This document shows, piece after piece, positions 1 through 5,381 of a stretch of 5,381 bases of DNA. Each line of letters opens with the position of its first letter. Position 1 is the first letter of the stretch. The notes below the pieces were generated by a model. The model saw only the letters and a list, made by a program, of their open reading frames with translations. It did no database searches and had not been told where the DNA came from. The position numbers and the translations under genes are program-made. This DNA is from Candidatus Micrarchaeota archaeon (GTDB taxonomy: Archaea > Micrarchaeota > Micrarchaeia > Norongarragalinales > UBA8480): positions 1 to 5,381 of the forward strand of contig JAZDHP010000023.1 in the NCBI GenBank assembly GCA_043805855.1, given 5' to 3'.

Positions 1-573
1 AACTTAAATTTATTCGGCGAGCGAGGTAAATTATACGTTGCGAGATGTGCCTCTTTTTTTGGCAACGAGGCAGAGCAGTACCGCAAAGCGTTCATGCAAA
101 AAGACAAGCGCGTTGTTGTAATTGGTTCAGATGCTAACCAAGTGTTTTACTACCACGAGGCAGACGAAGCGTTTCACACGCTATTATTTGACAAGAGTTT
201 ATTTTTCGTCGGCGGAAATGTCACACGCGGCGGTTTCCAGTACTGGACCGTTGCTTCCCTGCACAAAGAACCACTTCTGGAATTGTTCAAACGAGTGGAA
301 AAACTCGGCAGTAAAAGAGCAACAATTGAACTACTTTCACTTCACGAAGGTAATGTCAACGTTTTTTCCCACGCGGTGCTTTCCGAGTTAACTCCCTTGC
401 AATTACAAGCACTGCAGTTAGCGCATAAACACGGCTACTTTGAATACCCGCGTAAAATTAGTTTAGAACAATTGGCTAAACTCGCGCACATCCCGCGCAC
501 AACGCTACAAAGTCACTTACGCCGTGCAGAAAGAACATTAATTCCCGCGCTTTTAGGTCAAATCAAGAAATAG
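1..573 (+). CDS. Archaeal Bat-like (HTH_10, bacterio-opsin activator-type) transcriptional regulator, 5'-truncated by the window edge
   Basis: C-terminal LTPLQLQALQLAHKHGYFEYPRKISLEQLAKLAHIPRTTLQSHLRRAE matches the HTH_10 signature (LT..Q...L..A...GYF..PR...L..LA..L.IS..T...HLRRAE). Frame 1 is open from base 1 (NLNLFGERGKLYVARCASFFGNEAEQYRKAF-MQK), so ATG 94 is probably internal. Confidence 0.88.
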   Translation, partial: NLNLFGERGKLYVARCASFFGNEAEQYRKAFMQKDKRVVVIGSDANQVFYYHEADEAFHTLLFDKSLFFVGGNVTRGGFQYWTVASLHKEPLLELFKRVEKLGSKRATIELLSLHEGNVNVFSHAVLSELTPLQLQALQLAHKHGYFEYPRKISLEQLAKLAHIPRTTLQSHLRRAERTLIPALLGQIKK

Positions 574-584
574 GCACTTGCCTA
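571..584. promoter_or_regulatory. Perfect inverted repeat TAGGCA-CT-TGCCTA, candidate operator
   Basis: 6-bp arms with a 2-nt spacer, overlapping the regulator's TAG stop. It lies 7 nt upstream of a weak TATA-like TGTAAGTA (592-599), which starts 30 nt before ATG 622. Confidence 0.6.
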
Positions 585-621
585 CTATAGCTGTAAGTAG
601 TTGTTTTGCTCTGTTTTTGTT

Positions 622-762
622 ATGTTTGGCTCCGACTTAGTTGACGCTGGGGTTTTTGTTTTTGTACTGCTTTTATTATTATGGATAATGAAAAAACCTA
701 TTAGCGAGGTAAACGAAGAAATAAGTGAGAAAAATGGAACCAAACTTGAATCGCCTGTCTAA
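622..762 (+). CDS. 46-aa single-pass membrane microprotein (not in the ORF track)
   Basis: ATG 622 to TAA 760-762 encodes MFGSDLVDAGVFVFVLLLLLWIMKKPISEVNEEISEKNGTKLESPV: one hydrophobic run, then KK and an acidic tail. It sits at leaderless distance from a TATA-like box, overlaps the next gene's ATG (734) by 29 nt, and resembles the ORF at 2431-2565. Confidence 0.65.
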   Translation: MFGSDLVDAGVFVFVLLLLLWIMKKPISEVNEEISEKNGTKLESPV

Positions 763-2254
763 ACTCAACTTTGAAGTTGTAAACGAAGAAGGCAAATTAC
801 ATAATTTATTCTACGTCTCTATTTTTCTCGATGTTTTTTGTAATGGACTGAAAGAAGCTTATGGTCGTGGTTTGCAAAATATATTTGTAGATTTCAAAGG
901 CCAATTTTTGAGATTAGTTGTCGATGTGGATTACTATGAAAAAACTGCATCGCATTTGTTTAACTTAGTACAAAAAGACCCTGCTTTTGCTGACAATATA
1001 AATACGCAACTATTTGAACAATTCACGGTTGTAAATGCTTTTTCAAAACAGCTATTGTCAACTGACTTTTCTAAAAAAACCAACGCTGAACTAATTTCAA
1101 TTTGTGACAAATATTGCTTGTTATCGCATCGTATGATTACGCTTGGAATGTTTCCGACAATAATGGAAATGCGCCAGCCACTTTACACTGACTTTTTAAC
1201 TCAAATAGTTGACCGTAAAAACAAAGAGACAAATGCAAGTATTGCAATTTCAGAGGCAGTTGCAATTTTATCTTCCTTTGATGGAGATACGATTACAAAA
1301 AGCGAACAAAATGAATTGATAAAAATAGCTTTGCAAATGCAACAAAAGTGTAGGAATAATGAACAAGTTCTTGCCGCTGTTTTGAAATCCCACGTTGAAA
1401 AATACGGCTGGTTAGTTTATGGCTATGGCGGGCCAGCTTGGACTGAAAAGGAATATCTAAATTCTCTCAATTCGTTTGAATCGCTAAGCGAAGAACATTT
1501 ACAAGAGAAATTGCACCAATTGCAAAATCCTGAAGTGCAAAAACAACAAGCGTATTTTGAACAAAAACTGCAACTTAGCTCCGTGGAAAAGAGGTACTTT
1601 GCAATTGCGCGGGATTTCATGAAAGGCAAAGCACTGCGCCGCGAAGCAATGGCACTAGCGTGTTATGCTTCTGAACCGCTTCATAGGGAAATAGCCAAGC
1701 GGCTGAATCTATCCTTTCTACAAGTGCGGTTCATGCTTCCAAGCGAAATAAAAATTGCACTTGGTGAAAATAACGTAAATAGCGTAGTTAGCGAAACTGA
1801 ACTTTCCAAGAGAACTCAAAGCATGGTTTACGGGCTGTTTGAAAACAGCGAAAAAGAATTCATTGCAACTGGCAAGGAAATTGAAACATACACTGCGCTT
1901 ATCAAGACAATTGCAGTTTCTGAAAAAATCCATGAGTTAAAGGGAACGTGCGCTTGTCCGGGAAAAGCCCGCGGTGCAGTGAAAATAATTGACAAGCCAG
2001 AGCAGATGTCCAAAATGCAAAAAGGTGACGTTTTAGTTTCCTACGCTACTACCCCTGAAATTGTAGCGGCCATGCGCATCGCGTCTGCAATTGTAACTGA
2101 CTTCGGCGGCTTAACAAGCCACGCAGCAATTGTTTCACGAGAATTAGGCGTACCTTGCGTTATTGGCACAAAAATAGGCACTAAAGTATTTCAAGATGGT
2201 GACTTTGTTGACGTTGACGCTACAAACGGCACAATAACCCGCGTTCCGCCATAG
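734..2254 (+). CDS. PEP-utilizing enzyme mobile (phospho-His swivel) domain protein with a ~400-aa helical N-terminal region; resembles the substrate-binding + His half of rifampin phosphotransferase-like dikinases
   Basis: The C-terminus has LKGTCACPGKARGAVKII...GDVLV...TTPE...AIVTDFGGLTSHAAIVSRELGVPCVIG...GDFVDVDATNGTI, with the catalytic His at CAC 2120-2122. KYGWLVYGYGGPAW and ARDFMKGKALRRE loosely recall the YG...P.W and RE segments of the RPH central domain. There is no ATP-grasp or TIM barrel in this ORF. ATG 734 is preferred; GTG 725 is an alternative start. Confidence 0.88.
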   Translation: MEPNLNRLSKLNFEVVNEEGKLHNLFYVSIFLDVFCNGLKEAYGRGLQNIFVDFKGQFLRLVVDVDYYEKTASHLFNLVQKDPAFADNINTQLFEQFTVVNAFSKQLLSTDFSKKTNAELISICDKYCLLSHRMITLGMFPTIMEMRQPLYTDFLTQIVDRKNKETNASIAISEAVAILSSFDGDTITKSEQNELIKIALQMQQKCRNNEQVLAAVLKSHVEKYGWLVYGYGGPAWTEKEYLNSLNSFESLSEEHLQEKLHQLQNPEVQKQQAYFEQKLQLSSVEKRYFAIARDFMKGKALRREAMALACYASEPLHREIAKRLNLSFLQVRFMLPSEIKIALGENNVNSVVSETELSKRTQSMVYGLFENSEKEFIATGKEIETYTALIKTIAVSEKIHELKGTCACPGKARGAVKIIDKPEQMSKMQKGDVLVSYATTPEIVAAMRIASAIVTDFGGLTSHAAIVSRELGVPCVIGTKIGTKVFQDGDFVDVDATNGTITRVPP

Positions 2255-2261
2255 TTCCACT

Positions 2262-2284
2262 AATTTTTGCAAAATTGTTTTTTT
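2262..2284 (+). terminator. Archaeal-type oligo-T terminator candidate
   Basis: T5 and T7 (2278-2284) tracts within 30 nt downstream of the TAG at 2254. Confidence 0.4.
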
Positions 2285-2430
2285 GTCCTTAAGAGAATTT
2301 AACCTGTACTTTTTGTCTTTTCGTATGGTTTGTTCTAGGTAACGCGTATATACTTTCAAATTGAAGGTTACTTTGCTGAAAAGCATAGGGGTGGAGTATA
2401 AAGGTAAAGTTTCAAAGGAAGGTAAGTAAA

Positions 2431-2565
2431 ATGGCTGAAGAGACTTTTTTGTTCGCTGTGCTTGTAATTCTGTTCCTTTATGTTTTTAACGTGGTTTTGC
2501 CACAAAAGAAACCAGAATTTACAAGTGAAGAAATTCCTCACAAGAGAGAGGTAAACACGGTTTGA
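2431..2565 (+). CDS. 44-aa single-pass membrane microprotein, probable paralog of 622-762 (not in the ORF track)
   Basis: ATG 2431 to TGA 2563-2565 encodes MAEETFLFAVLVILFLYVFNVVLPQKKPEFTSEEIPHKREVNTV. It is preceded by a purine-rich AAGGAAGGT and by TATAAAGG at 2397-2404. Layout is TM, then KKP...EEI..K, as in 622-762. Confidence 0.65.
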   Translation: MAEETFLFAVLVILFLYVFNVVLPQKKPEFTSEEIPHKREVNTV

Positions 2566-2776
2566 ACAATTGTTCAGCGCTGATTTTGAACAGCGGGTTT
2601 TAGAGAATTCTCCTTGACTTTTTCTAAATAACATAAAATTAAAGAACTACTTCTGCGCTTATGTTGATAGTGGATTTTTTAGCGTTTGTTTAACTGTTTT
2701 GAGAGGTAAATCAAGCTTCCTAAATGAAAATAAACGGTTTTAGAACAAAAAGCAATTAATTTGTTCGTAATTAGGC

Positions 2777-2805
2777 AAAAAGTCTTTTAATGGTTAATTG
2801 AGGTG
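2777..2805 (+). promoter_or_regulatory. BRE/TATA-like element and Shine-Dalgarno for the ATP-grasp gene
   Basis: AAAAAG followed by TTTTAATG (2785-2792); GAGGTG at 2800-2805, 8 nt before ATG 2814. Confidence 0.5.
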
Positions 2806-2813
2806 TTTTTAGC

Positions 2814-3770
2814 ATGGGTCACAGTCACAATTACATTCGTCACTTTTCTAAGCTAGGCCGGGGAGATGTAGCTATTGCTGGCGGTAAAGGGGCTTCGCTT
2901 GGTGAAATGTTTTCTCACGGTATAGCTGTGCCGCATGGTTTTACAGTTATTACTCCTGCTTTCGACGCTTTTATTGAATTGAACCAACTTGACGAGCGGA
3001 TTAAAGCTGCGTTGTTTGAAGTTAACCAAAAGGAATCAGCAAGCGTGGAAAAAGCCTCTGAAACTATACGTAAACTAATTGAAGAGGGTGACATGCCGAA
3101 AGATGTTGAAGATGCAATTGTGACTGAGTTCAACGCAATGGCGTCGCAATTCGTTGCCGTACGCTCTAGTGCAACTGCTGAAGATGGCTCTACGGCTTCT
3201 TGGGCTGGTGAACTGGAAAGTTACACTAATGTCACTGAAGAAGATTTAGTTGAAAAAGTGCAAACGTGCTGGGCTTCGCTGTTCACGCCGCGTGCTATTT
3301 TTTACCGTTTTGAAAAAAACATGCAACACAAGCTAGTTAGCGTCGGGGTTGTAGTACAGAAAATGGTCGACTCGGCTGTAAGTGGAGTTGCGTTTAGCGT
3401 TAACCCAGTTACAAAAAATTACGATCAAATTATAATCGAAGCTGGCCTCGGTTTAGGGGAAAGCGTAGTTGCTGGAATAATTACGCCGGATAATTACCTA
3501 GTTAACAAAAAAGAAGAGTACATTGAAGACATTACTGTTAATTCTCAAGAGACGATGATTGACAAAGTCGACGGGGTTTCGACAACTATTGACGTTCCGC
3601 TTGAGTTGAGGGAATCGCAGAAACTCACCGGCCAGCAGATTATTGAACTAGCAAAGATGGTAAAGCACATTGAAAAGCACTACGGCTTTCCCGTAGATAT
3701 TGAGTGGGCGTACGACAAAAACGACAAGAAGCTCTACATCGTTCAATCAAGGCCAATAACAACACTTTAA
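2814..3770 (+). CDS. Stand-alone PPDK_N (PEP synthase/pyruvate phosphate dikinase N-terminal ATP-grasp, nucleotide-binding) domain protein
   Basis: Motifs AGGKGASLGEM, VPHGFTV, VAVRSSATAEDGSTASWAGELESY, VVVQKMV..SGVAFSVNP, IEAGLGLGESVVAG, PVDIEWA and LYIVQSRPITT. The ORF stops cleanly right after QSRPITTL, exactly at the domain end. Confidence 0.93.
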   Translation: MGHSHNYIRHFSKLGRGDVAIAGGKGASLGEMFSHGIAVPHGFTVITPAFDAFIELNQLDERIKAALFEVNQKESASVEKASETIRKLIEEGDMPKDVEDAIVTEFNAMASQFVAVRSSATAEDGSTASWAGELESYTNVTEEDLVEKVQTCWASLFTPRAIFYRFEKNMQHKLVSVGVVVQKMVDSAVSGVAFSVNPVTKNYDQIIIEAGLGLGESVVAGIITPDNYLVNKKEEYIEDITVNSQETMIDKVDGVSTTIDVPLELRESQKLTGQQIIELAKMVKHIEKHYGFPVDIEWAYDKNDKKLYIVQSRPITTL

Positions 3771-3796
3771 AATTAAACAAGGGATATATTTTTGTA

Positions 3797-4378
3797 ATGT
3801 TACCTTTTTGGCTTTCTCCATATCTCGGCCGCGTGGTAAGTGCGTTGGTGTTAATTGTTGGAGTTTACCTTTTAGTTCCAGAATTAATTACTGGTGAAAT
3901 TCTTTTACTGTTAATTGTCGTCGCTTATCTTGCTGGCCATTGGGTTTGGTTCCTGTGGCGTAAATACATTGTGCGTAAGGTAATTGCGTTTGACGTGGGC
4001 GGCGTAATTGCACAAGGAGATTATTTCACTGAGCACATTCGACCAATGCCTGGAATGTACGAAATGATTACCGAAACTAGAAAAAGTTACATAACTGTAG
4101 TGCTTTCCAATAACAATCGCTTAGTTGACCCTGGCTTTAGAAAACTATTCAAGTCGGATGATATGTTTGACATGGTTTTCTACTCTAGCGATTTAGGTGC
4201 GAAGAAACCAGATGTCGGTATTTACAAACGGTTCATACAACAAACTGGCGTATCGCCGCACCAAATTATCTTTTTCGACGACGACGCGAAAAACGTAGAA
4301 GCTGCCAAAAGCGTCGGCATAAACGCACACGTGTTCAAAAGCGCATCACAAGCAATGGAAGCAATACGTAGACATTGA
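3797..4378 (+). CDS. HAD-superfamily phosphatase (YihX/HAD-IA-like motifs) with two N-terminal transmembrane helices, apparently capless
   Basis: Motif I VIAFDVGGVI, motif II VVLSNN, motif III KKPDVGIY and motif IV FFDDDAKNVEAAKSVG. Hydrophobic segments VVSALVLIVGVYLLVP and ILLLLIVVAYLAGHWVWFLW are followed by RK..RK. ATG 3797 is preferred over GTG 3704 because it avoids overlap with the upstream gene and follows TTTAAAAT at 3766-3773. Confidence 0.88.
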   Translation: MLPFWLSPYLGRVVSALVLIVGVYLLVPELITGEILLLLIVVAYLAGHWVWFLWRKYIVRKVIAFDVGGVIAQGDYFTEHIRPMPGMYEMITETRKSYITVVLSNNNRLVDPGFRKLFKSDDMFDMVFYSSDLGAKKPDVGIYKRFIQQTGVSPHQIIFFDDDAKNVEAAKSVGINAHVFKSASQAMEAIRRH

Positions 4379-4410
4379 ACGATGGGGAATTACGGCCAGT
4401 AAACTCATTA

Positions 4411-4446
4411 GAAAATAAGAAAAGAAAAAAATGAAATTAAAATAAG
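4411..4446 (-). terminator. T-rich terminator candidate for the minus-strand gene
   Basis: A-rich tract on the + strand (A7 at 4425-4431) reads as oligo-T on the - strand just after the stop at 4448. Confidence 0.4.
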
Positions 4447-4447
4447 T

Positions 4448-5212
4448 CTACTCGTGTAAGTAAACTATGCCGTGCTTGCGTAAAAGAAAGTGTTTCACGC
4501 TGCCATTTTGGTAGCCTAGAGTTACTATCCCTTCGCCTGGTTTAAAGTTTCCGCCAATTTCTTCTGTTTTCTTGCCTAAAATCTCTTCAGTCATCCAGTC
4601 AATTGGTCCAGGAATGTCGCCAATTCCGCCGTGCGTTACACTAAGAATAACTGCGGGTCTAGCTGGACCGCTCCAGTTCTCTTCTTTCAAAGCATGTTCC
4701 ATTAAATGCTGAGCTACATTGGCGCCTTGTTTTTCTGCAAGTGCTTTGCCTTCGGGGAGTAGTTCATCTCCTTTATTTTGGCCGTGCCTCATGAAAATAG
4801 AAACAATGACTGGCATTCGGTCACTTAGTTGTGCTCCGCCTTTTTTCATTTGAGCGCCTAAACTTTTCGCAGCGTTTCCAATTGCTTTATTTCTGCTAAC
4901 TAAACTGCCAAAATGTTGCCGTTGGCTTAACTCTGCCCGTGAGGGAAAAATTGGAGACGCGTCTCCACGATTAATGACTTGCAGTGCAGCAGTCATCTCT
5001 TCAAGAGAAGCTTTTGGAAAACCGCGTTGTAACGCAACCTCTGAAAAAGCCTCTAGTTCTCGCTTTACCGTACTTGGCCTAGCAACTACTGAAATGTTAG
5101 CTGCTTTTGCGGCGTTTGTAAATCCTTTGATGAACAATTCACTCGTATTAGCTGCGCGTTTACGCGGGCTATTTGGAGACACTAATAAAATTTCACGGCG
5201 CATTTCAGGCAT
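4448..5212 (-). CDS. Histidine phosphatase (phosphoglycerate mutase-like) superfamily-like protein with atypical motif order
   Basis: SIFMRHGQ..DELLPEGKALAEKQG (RHG at 4789-4781), VILSVTHGG (His at 4633-4631) and an N-terminal ILLVSPNSPRKRAANT. ATG 5212 is preferred because AAGGTGA lies 5 nt upstream; the track's GTG 5221 falls inside that SD. Confidence 0.68.
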   Translation of the reverse strand: MPEMRREILLVSPNSPRKRAANTSELFIKGFTNAAKAANISVVARPSTVKRELEAFSEVALQRGFPKASLEEMTAALQVINRGDASPIFPSRAELSQRQHFGSLVSRNKAIGNAAKSLGAQMKKGGAQLSDRMPVIVSIFMRHGQNKGDELLPEGKALAEKQGANVAQHLMEHALKEENWSGPARPAVILSVTHGGIGDIPGPIDWMTEEILGKKTEEIGGNFKPGEGIVTLGYQNGSVKHFLLRKHGIVYLHE

Positions 5213-5248
5213 AAGTTTCACCTTTTCTTAAAGAACTAGAAAAACCAA

Positions 5249-5278
5249 CTTTAAAAGCTTTGAGCCGGCACTTGGCGG
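5249..5278 (-). promoter_or_regulatory. TATA box plus upstream imperfect palindrome (second copy of the 571-584 motif)
   Basis: The minus strand reads CCGCCAAGTGCCGG-CTCAAAGC-TTTTAAAG. On the + strand, 5265-5278 is CCGGCA-CT-TGGCGG, one mismatch from a perfect palindrome. Confidence 0.55.
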
Positions 5279-5327
5279 ATTTGTTTGTAGCCTATTTTTA
5301 AAAGTTAGAATGTAATTGTATATTACA

Positions 5328-5381
5328 ATGAGAGCTAAAGTAAATTTTGATGTTTTGGTATGCTTTGTAAAGTCGTTGTCT
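5328..5381 (+). CDS. Possible start of a divergent gene running off the window
   Basis: ATG 5328 is open to the window end (MRAKVNFDVLVCFVKSLS...), with TTTTTAAAAG at 5295-5304 at leaderless-promoter distance. Too short to identify. Confidence 0.35.
   Translation, partial: MRAKVNFDVLVCFVKSLS

Noticed and set aside
122..391. 89-aa alternative-frame ORF
   Set aside because: Lies inside the HTH_10 gene and has no recognisable motifs.
709..790. 12-nt direct repeat GTAAACGAAGAA (709-720 and 779-790), encoding VNEE in both the microprotein and the large protein
   Set aside because: Only two copies of an A-rich word, with no mobile-element or array context; may be chance.
1423..2013. Three minus-strand ORFs (1423-1629, 1718-1933, 1828-2013), including a Cys-rich one
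   Set aside because: Antisense shadows of the 506-aa gene; the Cys richness comes from reverse-complemented CAA/GCA codons.
2144..2634. Minus-strand ORFs 2144-2386 and 2368-2634
   Set aside because: They overlap the His-swivel gene end and the better-supported + strand microprotein, and show no motifs.
2255..2813. CRISPR array, tRNA or known ncRNA in the long intergenic region
   Set aside because: No regularly spaced repeats, no cloverleaf and no recognisable RNA family motif by eye; an Rfam/Infernal search would be needed to exclude one fully.
2915..3133. 72-aa minus-strand ORF
   Set aside because: Antisense shadow of the ATP-grasp gene.
734..3770. Calling the two genes ppsA/ppdK, a ppsA pseudogene, or rph
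   Set aside because: There is no pyruvate-binding TIM barrel, gene order is reversed relative to the fused enzymes, and both ORFs are intact. Rifampin specificity cannot be inferred because the RPH YG.R...E residues are not retained.
3704..3796. N-terminal extension of the HAD ORF from GTG 3704
   Set aside because: Overlaps the conserved C-terminus of the ATP-grasp gene; ATG 3797 fits better.
4974..5231. 85-aa + strand ORF
   Set aside because: Antisense shadow of the histidine-phosphatase-like gene.

Overview
AT-rich window that looks archaeal and DPANN-like. This is an inference from an HTH_10/Bat-type regulator, TATA boxes about 25-35 nt before start codons, GAGGTG/GGTGA ribosome-binding motifs and oligo-T terminators. 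The + strand carries, in order: a 5'-truncated HTH_10 regulator; an unannotated 46-aa single-TM microprotein; a 506-aa protein with a large helical N-terminal region and a C-terminal phospho-His swivel (PEP-utilizer mobile) domain; a second, related 44-aa single-TM microprotein; a stand-alone PPDK_N/ATP-grasp protein; and a membrane-anchored, apparently capless HAD phosphatase. The - strand carries a convergent histidine-phosphatase-like protein whose motifs seem to be in a rearranged order. No pyruvate-binding TIM barrel is present, so this is not ppsA. It looks like a split rifampin-phosphotransferase-like dikinase for an unknown substrate, flanked by two unusual phosphatases. A shared palindrome (GGCA-CT-TG[C/G]C core) lies just upstream of TATA-like boxes at both ends of the cluster and may be the regulator's operator. 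All family calls are by-eye motif recognition; no database search was run.
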